Made by a program: the position numbers and the translations under genes. The notes beneath the pieces are model-generated. The model made no database searches. It was not told where the DNA came from and was given only the letters and a program-made list of their open reading frames with translations. DNA of 64,000 bases from a virus: the IMG/VR virus record IMGVR_UViG_3300047476_000982, positions 32,001-96,000 of that record; one strand, written 5' to 3'. Of this stretch, positions 19,605 to 29,115 are shown one piece after another; position 1 is the stretch's first letter; each line of letters starts with the position of its first letter.

Positions 19605-20867
19605 TTAGTTAAATTTACCTACTCCTATAATAACATCCGAAACTTCTAATTCGTACTGTAAAGCTGTTGTATCTAATACTAAAGTAGAAGATGTTGTATT
19701 ATTAGTAAAGCTTATTATACTTGTAGCTTCTACGTATTGACCATTTACAAAGAATGTAAAGTTATTTACGCTAGTAGCGGGAAGCCCTGTTGGAGCATCT
19801 AAGAAACCATATGGGAACGTTACTGTATTTGCTGATACAAATGTTCCTGTTGCAGTCTTGTTAGTATTTAAATAAGTTATTGCTGCCACATCAGTTCCAG
19901 TATTATTAGTTATATTATTTACAATATTCACAGAATCGTTTAATAGTACAGATTTAGATCCACCAGATTTTCCTTTTTTAACTCTAGCACTAAACTCTTC
20001 AGTGCCTGTAGAAGTTTCTAGTCCAAAAACTACTTTAGAAATCCCATAAGCGTTAGATGGAGTGGCTAATTTTTTATTTAAAGTATCAGGAATTAAATAA
20101 CCGTTTAAAGTAATATTAAAATTTGTTCTAACCGCACGATTGTCACCTATATCATAGGTTATGCTATCATCAAATGATTCAATTGAACTGTAAAAAAGAA
20201 AGCGATTTGGGTCACCCCAATAGCTTCTGGATGCGAAGTTTAGTGATTCAATAAGCTTATCCATTTGCTCAACAAAATAAGTCCAAACTATGCATTCATA
20301 CTCTACAGTTATATAATCTGGAGTAGCTGATACTACATACTTTGTTTCTGGTACTCTATTATTTAGCGCTCCAAAATTACTATAAATATTTCTTTGAGTA
20401 AATGCTTTTTTAAATAGTTGAACATTATAAACTTGATTACCATCTAATTTATATCCTAAATTACGATTTTGTGTTATAGAACTTCTTTTAAACATTAAAA
20501 GAGGCGCCATTAATTTTTCATTCTGATCTCTATAATAACCATCTCTTTGAACACTTTTCCAGTTTTCAGGAGTACCATAAATTACAGGAACAGTTAATTT
20601 AGAATTATTTTGAACTACAGATAATTTAAGATGATTATTAAAATAGTACATTAATGCTTCATCAACATCTTTTATACCAATAGTAAAATCTTTATCTCCA
20701 TTTTTTCTTTCGCTTATTTCATAAGCTCTATTTTGTTCAGGCTGTCCTAATTTAGTTGGTTCAGAAAAAGGTTTTTGCACTGTACCCTCATTTGGTGCAT
20801 AAGCAGGCCCAATGAGTTTACTCATAAATTCTTTTCTATTTTCAGGTCTAACTATTTGTATCGCCAT
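19605..20867 (-). CDS. Tail terminator/sheath stabiliser, T4 gp15-like, with C-terminal extension
   Basis: VPVIYGTPE and APLLMFKRSSI motifs; position after the neck genes. Confidence 0.6.
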   Translation of the reverse strand: MAIQIVRPENRKEFMSKLIGPAYAPNEGTVQKPFSEPTKLGQPEQNRAYEISERKNGDKDFTIGIKDVDEALMYYFNNHLKLSVVQNNSKLTVPVIYGTPENWKSVQRDGYYRDQNEKLMAPLLMFKRSSITQNRNLGYKLDGNQVYNVQLFKKAFTQRNIYSNFGALNNRVPETKYVVSATPDYITVEYECIVWTYFVEQMDKLIESLNFASRSYWGDPNRFLFYSSIESFDDSITYDIGDNRAVRTNFNITLNGYLIPDTLNKKLATPSNAYGISKVVFGLETSTGTEEFSARVKKGKSGGSKSVLLNDSVNIVNNITNNTGTDVAAITYLNTNKTATGTFVSANTVTFPYGFLDAPTGLPATSVNNFTFFVNGQYVEATSIISFTNNTTSSTLVLDTTALQYELEVSDVIIGVGKFN

Positions 20868-21358
20868 TATAATCTTTCTTTAGTTATACCAAGTTTATCA
20901 GGATTAACATAGTGTCCAGTTAAAATAATAGAATAAGATTGACCAAATCCTTCAACTGGTGTTGAATAAGAATAATCGGGATCTTTACCTAATATCAACT
21001 GGTTTTCATTTGTATTATTTATCTCATAATAAACTTCATTATACATAACTATATCTCCCATTTCTGGAACTATATTTGCTTCAATTAAATGGTCTTTAAA
21101 AAATCTAAAATCAACAGATCTTTCTGTATCAGGACCATAATCTGTATTTGTTCTACTAAAATCCCCTCTTACAATTAAGCAAGGAATTAAAACAGGTCCT
21201 ATAAAATATTTAGTTAAAGCTTCACCGTACATATTTACAGGAGTATCATTTAGCTTTATTTTATAATAGCCTACTTGTTGAGACACAATATCTTCAACGA
21301 TCTCTTTTGTAAAGATCTTAAATGTAGCTACATCCCTAGTAGATCCAAACATTGCCAT
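20867..21358 (-). CDS. Neck/head-closure protein, T4 gp14-like
   Basis: MYGEA..K, PEMGDIVMYNEVYYEI motif; synteny with capsid and neck genes. Confidence 0.55.
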   Translation of the reverse strand: MAMFGSTRDVATFKIFTKEIVEDIVSQQVGYYKIKLNDTPVNMYGEALTKYFIGPVLIPCLIVRGDFSRTNTDYGPDTERSVDFRFFKDHLIEANIVPEMGDIVMYNEVYYEINNTNENQLILGKDPDYSYSTPVEGFGQSYSIILTGHYVNPDKLGITKERL

Positions 21359-21359
21359 A

Positions 21360-22535
21360 TTATCCTATATATATGAACATCGGTACCTCATTTAATGTAC
21401 TCGATATTGATTGATTTTCAGATTGTTTACGCTCTAACTGAGCTCTACGACTCATATCTTCAAAATCCCCTCTAAGTCTTTCTCTAAGAGCTGTTTGTTG
21501 TTCACGACCTTTACTAATTAAGTCTCCAGAATTTAAAGTAACTTCCGAACCAGGTGCAGGGATTTGTGAATATTTTCCTCTAATTAAACCAAGAAGTTCT
21601 GAGGCTAGGGCTAAAGTATATTCATAGATCCATTGTCTACCAGGATGATTAATTTGTTTGTATGTTATAGTTGAATATGGGGCAAGTCCTGGATTTGCTA
21701 TTAAACCTGGATCGGTTCCATAAGGACTATTTCCTGATATACTTTTTAATTCACTTTCTTTTGCATAATCAACCCAAACAACTATACCATCTTGTTCAGG
21801 CCAAGGAAATATAGTTAATTTATTATTTGTTATAGAAAAAGAATACATTGAACGACGAACATTATTTGACATTTCAATTTCTTGTATTCTAGATATATCC
21901 CAATAAATAGGAAATAAAACAAAGTTTAAGCCTGGTGAATAACTTGCCCAACCAAAATTTTCAGTTGCGCCTTGATAATTTATGCTACCTCCAATATATG
22001 GATCATAATACTGATTAATTGCTGGTTGAGCTTCATAATATATTCTATTAATAGAAATTCTATCTCCACTAGATATTAAACTTCCTGATAATGCCCATGC
22101 TTGTAAATCATAAGTCTGTTGACTAGCAGTTAGATATAATGCTGCTTTATATTGATTAACATACCCTCCTACTTGAATAGGCGTGCCATAATTTCCTGCT
22201 ACAGTAATTATAGAATTTAAATTAGGAACAACAACTGTATTATTTAATGATGAACCTGTAGATGCTCCTTCTAAAGAAAGATAGTTATCTTTTATTTTAG
22301 ATTGATAAAGTTCTTCTGCATAAACAGATACAGCTTCCTCAAAACAAGCATAAAAATTTATATCTTGTAATTCTACTTCCATTACAGGATAACCTAATTT
22401 ACGAGCACAATAATTTGCTACTTTAGGACCGTCTGCTTGGAAATTAAGATCTAAATCATAAAAACCAAATGGAGTAGATCCTGAAATAGGACCTGGAGTT
22501 CCATCATATATTACTGTTGTTGCTGTAGATGCCAT
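21360..22535 (-). CDS. Neck/head-tail adaptor, T4 gp13-like
   Basis: RKLGYPVMEVELQD, WIYEYTLALASELLGLIRGKYSQIPAPGSEVTLN motifs. Confidence 0.7.
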   Translation of the reverse strand: MASTATTVIYDGTPGPISGSTPFGFYDLDLNFQADGPKVANYCARKLGYPVMEVELQDINFYACFEEAVSVYAEELYQSKIKDNYLSLEGASTGSSLNNTVVVPNLNSIITVAGNYGTPIQVGGYVNQYKAALYLTASQQTYDLQAWALSGSLISSGDRISINRIYYEAQPAINQYYDPYIGGSINYQGATENFGWASYSPGLNFVLFPIYWDISRIQEIEMSNNVRRSMYSFSITNNKLTIFPWPEQDGIVVWVDYAKESELKSISGNSPYGTDPGLIANPGLAPYSTITYKQINHPGRQWIYEYTLALASELLGLIRGKYSQIPAPGSEVTLNSGDLISKGREQQTALRERLRGDFEDMSRRAQLERKQSENQSISSTLNEVPMFIYIG

Positions 22536-23200
22536 TAATCGTGTGCTTTATATATTTCAAGAATATGTTCTACTATTGGATCACGATGATTTGTTTTCAA
22601 AGTGACTACTGCAAAACCTGGCACTTCTTTAAAATTAGTGCATATGAAATTAAAACCACTTATTTTTTTATCTTTTAAATCTATCTGAGCAGTATCACCG
22701 CATATAATCATTTTACTGCCTTGACAAATTCTGCCTAATAATAACTCCATTTGTCTATGAGTTATGTTTTGACCTTCATCTACTACTACGCAACAATTAG
22801 TTAAGTTTCTCCCTCTCATAAAAGCTAAAGGTATTACTTCAATATTACCTTCTGCTAATTCTTTATCTATTTTTTCCTTATTATAAAGTCTATACATATT
22901 GTCATATATAGCTGCTGTATAAGGAGCAAGTTTATCATCTTTAGAGCCAGGTAAAAAACCAATATCTTCACCTGATGTAACCGCCGGCCTTGTTAAAATA
23001 ACTTTTTCAACTTCTTTACGAAATAGCAAATCAAGAGCTATTTGAGCTGCGACTAATGATTTACCTGAACCAGCCTGTCCTTTTAAAACTGTTATTTTAT
23101 TATTTAGTATAACTAATTTGGCTTCTTTTTGTTCTTCATTAAGTTGAACTTGAAATCTAATCTCATTTTTGGGTCTACGCTTAGCACTTTTATCAACCAT
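22535..23200 (-). CDS. phoH: PhoH-family ATPase; start corrected to ATG at 23200 (MVDKSAKRR)
   Basis: GQAGSGKS P-loop, RPAV..GEDIGFLPG, FMRGRNL, VVVDEGQN, CGDTAQID. The track's start at 23251 lies inside the capsid terminator and upstream of a promoter motif. Confidence 0.9.
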   Translation of the reverse strand: MVDKSAKRRPKNEIRFQVQLNEEQKEAKLVILNNKITVLKGQAGSGKSLVAAQIALDLLFRKEVEKVILTRPAVTSGEDIGFLPGSKDDKLAPYTAAIYDNMYRLYNKEKIDKELAEGNIEVIPLAFMRGRNLTNCCVVVDEGQNITHRQMELLLGRICQGSKMIICGDTAQIDLKDKKISGFNFICTNFKEVPGFAVVTLKTNHRDPIVEHILEIYKAHD

Positions 23201-23217
23201 GTTATAACGCCTTTCAA

Positions 23218-23225
23218 ATAAATAT
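23218..23225 (-). promoter_or_regulatory. ATATTTAT putative late promoter
   Basis: Lies between the capsid terminator and the phoH start at 23200. Confidence 0.65.
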
Positions 23226-23239
23226 TGATTAACAGTAAA

Positions 23240-23272
23240 TAAAAAACCCAACCTTACGGGGTTGGGCTTTTA
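23240..23272 (-). terminator. Intrinsic terminator after the major capsid gene
   Basis: Minus strand: CCCAACC-CCGTAA-GGTTGGG followed by TTTTTT. Confidence 0.9.
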
Positions 23273-23292
23273 TAATCTATAGTAGAGTTAAA

Positions 23293-24936
23293 TTACACTA
23301 CGTTAAGATCAGCTACTGCTACCAAGCCATAGTATTCAGGACGTACCATAGTCATTGCGTAACGAGTCATAATACCTTTTCTTGGAGTGAAGGTATTTGG
23401 ATCGTACACAAGTGGAGTCATGATCAATGGAACATATGGAGAGTAAACAGCGCCACACTCAAGGAACTGATTGCCACGGAAACCGAGCAAGATAACGTTC
23501 TCAAGCATGTAAGGATTTTTGTAAACCTTGTAACGGCTGTTCAACTGACCGATTTTTTGTACACCGAAAGCATACTTCATTGTATCAGCTGCGCCATCTG
23601 TATCAGCAGCAAATCCTGGGATAGACTCAAGAATTGTAGCTACAGTAGGAGAAACTACCATGAAGTTTGCACCACCGCGCAAAGTACGCTGATGGATAAT
23701 ATTAGATACTTTCTGAAGTTTGATACCCAAAGTCTGGAACCAACTCATTTGAGTATAGTAAACACCGTTAGTGTTGCTATCAAATGTAGTTGCAGCAGCG
23801 TTGATTTGGTTACCAACTTTAGCTGACCAATACTCGATAGTTGGAGCGTTTTGAATCAACATATCTAATACTTCCAAATCAATCTCAAGAGAGATATGCT
23901 CAGAAAGAAGACCAGTCAATTCAGCTTCAGCATCAAGAGAATGGTAAGCATTCAAGTCTTGTGCAAATTCTGGAGTCCATTGTGCTTTCAACTTACGAGT
24001 TTTAGCACTGATTGTTTGAGACTTCATTTGAACGTTGATCTCAGGGATAACGATAGAAGTTGCAGACAATGTATTTGGAACAGATGGGTTACCATTTCTG
24101 TCTTCGAAATCACCACGTGCATTGAAGTCAGTAGCTTTGTTATAAATAACAAAGAATGCATCCAATGTTGGAATTTCAGCTGTAGATGCAGTAACAAAGA
24201 ATTCAATGTTAGCACCATTAACTTTAGTAAACTGCTGCAAGTTATCAGCAACAGATACTGATCCAGAAGTAACGATAAATGCACGTACTCCGTCAAGATT
24301 TGGAGTAGTCAAAGATGAAGTTGCTACAGTAAGCTTCTTGATTTGACCAGCTGCAACTGATGCAGAATATAAATTGTTGAAATCTATATCATTATAAGAT
24401 GCAGTAGCTGCTGTTACAGTTACACCAGAAGCTGAGAATTGGTTCAAAGAATAACCAAAGCGACCAGCACCGTAAAGAGCGCCTTGAGCAAGGTTACCAA
24501 AGTTTGCACTTGGAGTACCGTAGATAGAATCACCAGCAGTGAAAGGACTCTTAGTGTTTCCGTATTGGAAATCAAGATAGAATACTAAACCAGCAGGAAG
24601 ATTCATTGGCTGTACAGAAACGAATTCTTTAGCAGCGATTTGACCAAAGATCTTACGTACTAATGGAAGAGCAACACCAGCCCACTGCTCACCAGTACCA
24701 GGAGTAAAGGTAGCACCGCCAGAGTTTGCGTTACCGTTAGTAGAAGAAGATTCAACTACAAGCTGTTTAGCTTGGTTTTCGAGAATTACGGCCATGTTGT
24801 TGGCGTCGTAATCATGCATGCCCTCGAGAAGGCCAGACTTGCTCCACTTTTTAGCAAGACGCTGAGCAACACCATGTTGATCAGAGAAAGCCGTGTTAGC
24901 GGATTCAGTCAATAAAGATTGTACTAAATTTGCCAT
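23293..24936 (-). CDS. gp23: Major capsid protein, T4 gp23-like
   Basis: VSVQPMNLPAGLVFYLDF, KTRKLKAQWTPEFAQDL.AYHSLDAEAEL, YSPYVPL, PRKGIMTRY. Confidence 0.95.
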   Translation of the reverse strand: MANLVQSLLTESANTAFSDQHGVAQRLAKKWSKSGLLEGMHDYDANNMAVILENQAKQLVVESSSTNGNANSGGATFTPGTGEQWAGVALPLVRKIFGQIAAKEFVSVQPMNLPAGLVFYLDFQYGNTKSPFTAGDSIYGTPSANFGNLAQGALYGAGRFGYSLNQFSASGVTVTAATASYNDIDFNNLYSASVAAGQIKKLTVATSSLTTPNLDGVRAFIVTSGSVSVADNLQQFTKVNGANIEFFVTASTAEIPTLDAFFVIYNKATDFNARGDFEDRNGNPSVPNTLSATSIVIPEINVQMKSQTISAKTRKLKAQWTPEFAQDLNAYHSLDAEAELTGLLSEHISLEIDLEVLDMLIQNAPTIEYWSAKVGNQINAAATTFDSNTNGVYYTQMSWFQTLGIKLQKVSNIIHQRTLRGGANFMVVSPTVATILESIPGFAADTDGAADTMKYAFGVQKIGQLNSRYKVYKNPYMLENVILLGFRGNQFLECGAVYSPYVPLIMTPLVYDPNTFTPRKGIMTRYAMTMVRPEYYGLVAVADLNVV

Positions 24937-24960
24937 TTTGTTATTAATTTTGTTTTTTTG

Positions 24961-26013
24961 TTATTTGATTCCAGCAAGTTTTTGCCATCTACTCATCATA
25001 TTATCTTGTTCGATAATAGGTTGTTTAGGGGCTACACCAGCTGCTTGTGAAGCAAAACCAATTGATTCTTTAAGTTGCTTTTTAGATTCAAAAGATTCTT
25101 TCAAAGTTTCAAAAGTATTCTTAACCTCAGTTACAGATGTAGCACGGTCAAGAGCATTAATTACTTTTACTTTTTGAGATTCAGTCAAAGTCTTAGCTTT
25201 AAACAACTTATTCATGTAAAGATATTTTGCATTAAGAAGATTAACTTCTTGAAGATCTTGGCGAAGTGCCTCTACAGTAGCTTTAGCTTCTTCGAGTTCT
25301 TCTTCCATTTTCTTTTTGTCATCATGGTCTTCTTCTTTTTTCTCTTCAAGTTCAGGCTCAGAATCTTTAGCTTCTTCAATGCCCTCTGCTTCAAGTTCAG
25401 CAAGAATTTCGTCTAATGAAATTTCAGCTTCAGCTTCAGAATCAGCGTCTGCTTCGTCAGAAGCAATGTCTGCACCCATATCTTGAGAGCCAGCCATTAC
25501 AGATTGAAGAACTTGTTTAAGGTCACCAAGAGTGATGTCGATAATTTTAGTTTCGTCATCAACGTCTTCGCCGCCTTCTACTTCTTCTTCTTCTTCCTCT
25601 TCTTCTTCAGCTTCTTCTTCTTCAGCTTCATTTAAACTTTCGTCTTTCATTTCGTCATGCTTAGCCTCTTCCATTTCTGGTTTATCGTGGCCAACTTCAT
25701 CAACGTTAGAAAGTTCTTCAAGTTGAGCAAGAATTTCTTCTAACTCAGCTTCATTAATGTCAAGATTTTCCTCCATTCCATCTTCAGAATAGGTTTCTTC
25801 CATCTTGTCATCGTGCATTTTTTTGTCCATACCTTCTTCAACTTCAGCCTCTTCAAGATCTTCTACTTCATCTAATTCTTCAGATAACTTCAAACGAAGC
25901 ATCTCTTGAATCTTAGGTTCGAAAGCTTCTTCAAGCGCAGCTTTGGCGTTAGCCATTGCAGATGCTCTTAAGGCTTTAGCATCAAGGATAGCGTCTTGAT
26001 ACAATTTGCTCAT
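24961..26013 (-). CDS. Prohead scaffold/core protein
   Basis: Highly acidic coiled coil; located between the protease and capsid genes; many L-x-E sites. Confidence 0.8.
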   Translation of the reverse strand: MSKLYQDAILDAKALRASAMANAKAALEEAFEPKIQEMLRLKLSEELDEVEDLEEAEVEEGMDKKMHDDKMEETYSEDGMEENLDINEAELEEILAQLEELSNVDEVGHDKPEMEEAKHDEMKDESLNEAEEEEAEEEEEEEEEVEGGEDVDDETKIIDITLGDLKQVLQSVMAGSQDMGADIASDEADADSEAEAEISLDEILAELEAEGIEEAKDSEPELEEKKEEDHDDKKKMEEELEEAKATVEALRQDLQEVNLLNAKYLYMNKLFKAKTLTESQKVKVINALDRATSVTEVKNTFETLKESFESKKQLKESIGFASQAAGVAPKQPIIEQDNMMSRWQKLAGIK

Positions 26014-26034
26014 GATTATAAGATTGTGTCGGGG

Positions 26035-26098
26035 ATTGCTTATTAAATGTAAAGCAATATAAGGATTTTTTTATAGTAGTGCCATATTAGATCATGGC
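26035..26098 (-). promoter_or_regulatory. Two stem-loops in the leader of the scaffold-capsid transcript
   Basis: ATTGCTT(26035-41)/AAGCAAT(26052-58) and GCCAT(26081-85)/ATGGC(26094-98). Confidence 0.55.
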
Positions 26099-26107
26099 GC
26101 ATATACC

Positions 26108-26115
26108 ATAAATAT
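26108..26115 (-). promoter_or_regulatory. ATATTTAT putative late promoter for scaffold-capsid
   Basis: Sense-strand motif in the intergenic gap. Confidence 0.65.
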
Positions 26116-26154
26116 CTAAGTCTGTAGTAAAATACATAAACTTAGAAATATTTT

Positions 26155-26787
26155 TTATTTACTTATACAACAAACACCAGATTGAGAACAAATAATATCT
26201 GATATTAATTGATGTACTTTATTTTCTTTACGTTGAACTATTGTATGATCTACTGATTCTCTTAAACCTCCCATTGGTTTCATATATGCACCATAAGTTG
26301 ATGGTGTAGATACAAAATCCCAACAAATAAGATCTAGATCATCTTCAACTTGAACAAGACCTTCGCCAATTGGAGTAACAGAACCCATGGCCCTAGATGA
26401 AATACCAACTGTAATATTGTTCTTAAATAGTTCTTTTAATATATTTCCAGAAGGAGTAGGAAGTATTTCAACATCTCCATATAAATCTTTACCTTCCCAA
26501 AATAGTCTTATTATATTATGACTAACATTTTTAAGGTTAATAATAGAAGATTCTGGATGATCTAATTCTCCTAAAGCTCTATTCTCTGCAATTGGTCCGG
26601 CAATATATTTTTGTACTTGCTCAAATAAAGTTTGATAAGGATATATTCTTCTATTTGCATTAGGTTTATCAGTTGCCTGGACAAGTCCAGATACCACCAT
26701 ATTACCATTAGCTAAACGACGACCTTCAGTCAAAGACTGGGCTATAGGTTGGAAAGCGTTGTATTCTATTAAGAGTTGTTTAGACAT
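26155..26787 (-). CDS. gp21: Prohead protease, T4 gp21-like
   Basis: NANRRIYP, ALGELDHP, VSH, GISSRAMGS, WDFVSTPS. Confidence 0.95.
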   Translation of the reverse strand: MSKQLLIEYNAFQPIAQSLTEGRRLANGNMVVSGLVQATDKPNANRRIYPYQTLFEQVQKYIAGPIAENRALGELDHPESSIINLKNVSHNIIRLFWEGKDLYGDVEILPTPSGNILKELFKNNITVGISSRAMGSVTPIGEGLVQVEDDLDLICWDFVSTPSTYGAYMKPMGGLRESVDHTIVQRKENKVHQLISDIICSQSGVCCISK

Positions 26788-28108
26788 TTTGTTCTTGGCC
26801 TGTTTTTAAATTTACAATTTTTAATGGCTCTCCAGTATTTTGTTCTATTCCTTTAGCTTGGTTTTTACCCATACTATCATTTTTTCCTGCTCCAACAACA
26901 GTATTTGAACCAACTGTTTTTATAACATAAGCCTCTTTTAATTTTTTTAAAACCTCTTTAAGTTTTTTCATTTTTTCTTTATCATCCTTATACATTTCCA
27001 TGTATTGTTTGATCTTAGATAAATCTAAAGGCTTTTTAAATTGTTCAGGATCACCAATCATGCCGCTAAAAGGTTTTGCTTGATTTTTGTCCCAGTTTGC
27101 CCACATATCTTTTACAGAAGGTTCTGTTTGTGATCCTTGAGTAGGCTCTTGTTCTTGTGACTTTTGAGTAAAATGATCTACAGTATTAATTTGATAGTCT
27201 TTATGTGTACCGTCTTCCATTTCAACAGTAAATGTACCACCTACTATTTCAATTACTTTACCTTGACCATCAGGAGTGTGAACTTCTGAACCCACATGAT
27301 GTTTCCAGTGGCTATCTTCGTTAACTAACTCTTTTTTTTTAAGATGCGTAGTAAGCTCTTCAATAGCAGACTCTTTCAAGGATTTAACCTTTACTTTCTT
27401 CATCTCATTAGCCTTGTTCTTATGATTAGCTTTTTTAACTTCTTCAGTTTCAAGCTTAGCATCTGCCTTTTCTACATCTTTTGCATTAGCAAACATCTCT
27501 TCATCAAATGCATGGGGATTCTTTTCAAGCATTGATGCAGCTTTGTTTAGAGCTTTAATATATGAATCGTTAGTAAGTTCTTTTTCTTTTGCTAATAGTT
27601 TCTCTACTCCTTTTTTCAAAAAGTATGGATTTACTCTATCAACCGCTGGATCTGTAGGAATGTTATTATCAACTTCATTTAAAGACATTTTTTTAGCAGC
27701 TAATTTAGGATCATTTTTTGATTTATTATCCATAAAAGAACCATCCCCCCACCAAGCTACTACTGCATCAGTATCTGCTGTTGAATTAAAATTAGGTCCT
27801 GCTTTAAATACATCTACATGTTGTAATTTGTCGTTAGTACTTACCAATGACTTAGCAAAAGATATGGCTTGATTTATATCTTTGAACTTCTTAGCTTGTC
27901 TAACTCCATCTGAATAATGCACCTCATAGTTCTCACTAATCTCAGCTTCACTAATCACACCCTTATTCTTAAGGATCTTTACAGCATCATCATAAGAAGT
28001 AACATTAGTTACCCAAGGAAGATTTTTATCACGGCGTACTTCGTAAAGAAACTTCTCACGACTTACTTCACCGGCTTTATGCTTACGATATAATTCAATT
28101 GTTCTCAT
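26780..28108 (-). CDS. Hypothetical head-cluster protein (442 aa), probable internal/core protein
   Basis: Lys/Glu-rich with multiple (L/I)-x-E sites; overlaps the protease start. Confidence 0.6.
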   Translation of the reverse strand: MRTIELYRKHKAGEVSREKFLYEVRRDKNLPWVTNVTSYDDAVKILKNKGVISEAEISENYEVHYSDGVRQAKKFKDINQAISFAKSLVSTNDKLQHVDVFKAGPNFNSTADTDAVVAWWGDGSFMDNKSKNDPKLAAKKMSLNEVDNNIPTDPAVDRVNPYFLKKGVEKLLAKEKELTNDSYIKALNKAASMLEKNPHAFDEEMFANAKDVEKADAKLETEEVKKANHKNKANEMKKVKVKSLKESAIEELTTHLKKKELVNEDSHWKHHVGSEVHTPDGQGKVIEIVGGTFTVEMEDGTHKDYQINTVDHFTQKSQEQEPTQGSQTEPSVKDMWANWDKNQAKPFSGMIGDPEQFKKPLDLSKIKQYMEMYKDDKEKMKKLKEVLKKLKEAYVIKTVGSNTVVGAGKNDSMGKNQAKGIEQNTGEPLKIVNLKTGQEQNV

Positions 28109-28112
28109 GCTA

Positions 28113-28120
28113 ATAAATAT
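28113..28120 (-). promoter_or_regulatory. ATATTTAT putative late promoter
   Basis: 4 nt upstream of the ATG at 28108. Confidence 0.65.
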
Positions 28121-28249
28121 TTATCTTCCTTGTCCACGATAATTCTTTTCTGAACGGTCGTGTTTGTTAAATGATTTTTGTGCTTTTCCTTTTCTTCTTT
28201 TACCAAATGTAACTTTAGCTGCGCCACCTGAACCTTTTGCTTTTGCCAT
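28121..28249 (-). CDS. Small basic protein (42 aa, MAKAKGSGGAAKVTFGKRRKGKAQKSFNKHDRSEKNYRGQGR)
   Basis: Manual translation; TAATG coupling to the upstream gene; C-terminal YRGQGR recalls small basic ORFs of T4-like head clusters. Confidence 0.75.
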   Translation of the reverse strand: MAKAKGSGGAAKVTFGKRRKGKAQKSFNKHDRSEKNYRGQGR

Positions 28250-29115
28250 TACTTAAACTTTTTTATGTTTTGATTAAGTTCTGAAACCATTTCCTTGATT
28301 TTTGCAAGGGCTTTTTCTGTATGCATTTTATATTTAAGACCACCTTCACCTTCAGATAATTCTGTTTTTAGGCGGCTTACATATTCAAATAATCTATTAA
28401 TCTCTTGTACTTTCCTTCTCACTTCACGAACAGCTTGGTGGAATTGATCTGATTTACCTCTAGTCTTAGTCTCTGTCTTAAATTTAGAATAGCTTTCATT
28501 TATATTGCTATTAGTAAACCAATCGTAGCTATCTTCATCATCATCTTGTTCTTCAGGTTCATACTCATTTCTGATATCTTCGATAGCTTTTAAAGCATCT
28601 ATTTTAGTTATCCTATCTACTTTTGGATGATTTTCAATCTTTACTTTTAAATCATCAAGAATATTTACAGCAGACATTAAGTCTGTTTGAAATCTTAAAG
28701 ATTCAAGAGCCTTATATAATTCTTCACTATTTTCATCTCTCATCTGTCTAATTGCCTCTCCTACTTTACTAATATAGTAGTTAAAGCTACGAATATCTTT
28801 TATATTGAGTTTGTTCTCTTTAACAAAATCACTTAGTTCTTCAAATAATTGTTTATAGATAAAACCACCTTTTGATGGACGATTAGGAACAGATGGAGCA
28901 TCTTTCCAACCCCATTTGTTTTTCATATATACATTAGCTTTACCCGCAGCCAATTTAGGTTCAACATCTTTTTCTTCTTTTTTTACTTTCTTTTTGAATG
29001 CCTTATTAGTAGCCATTTGTTCACCGGTTCCAGGAGTAAAAGTTGCTCCAGTACCAGTCACAGACATTTCCTGACGTAGTTTTTGAGTAGCAAATTGATT
29101 GTTGAAATTAGACAT
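28249..29115 (-). CDS. Hypothetical head-cluster protein (288 aa)
   Basis: ORF track; translationally coupled to both neighbours. Confidence 0.7.
   Translation of the reverse strand: MSNFNNQFATQKLRQEMSVTGTGATFTPGTGEQMATNKAFKKKVKKEEKDVEPKLAAGKANVYMKNKWGWKDAPSVPNRPSKGGFIYKQLFEELSDFVKENKLNIKDIRSFNYYISKVGEAIRQMRDENSEELYKALESLRFQTDLMSAVNILDDLKVKIENHPKVDRITKIDALKAIEDIRNEYEPEEQDDDEDSYDWFTNSNINESYSKFKTETKTRGKSDQFHQAVREVRRKVQEINRLFEYVSRLKTELSEGEGGLKYKMHTEKALAKIKEMVSELNQNIKKFK

Noticed and set aside
23201-23251. N-terminal extension of PhoH given by the ORF track
   Set aside because: It starts within the terminator hairpin and upstream of the ATATTTAT motif; ATG at 23200 fits better.
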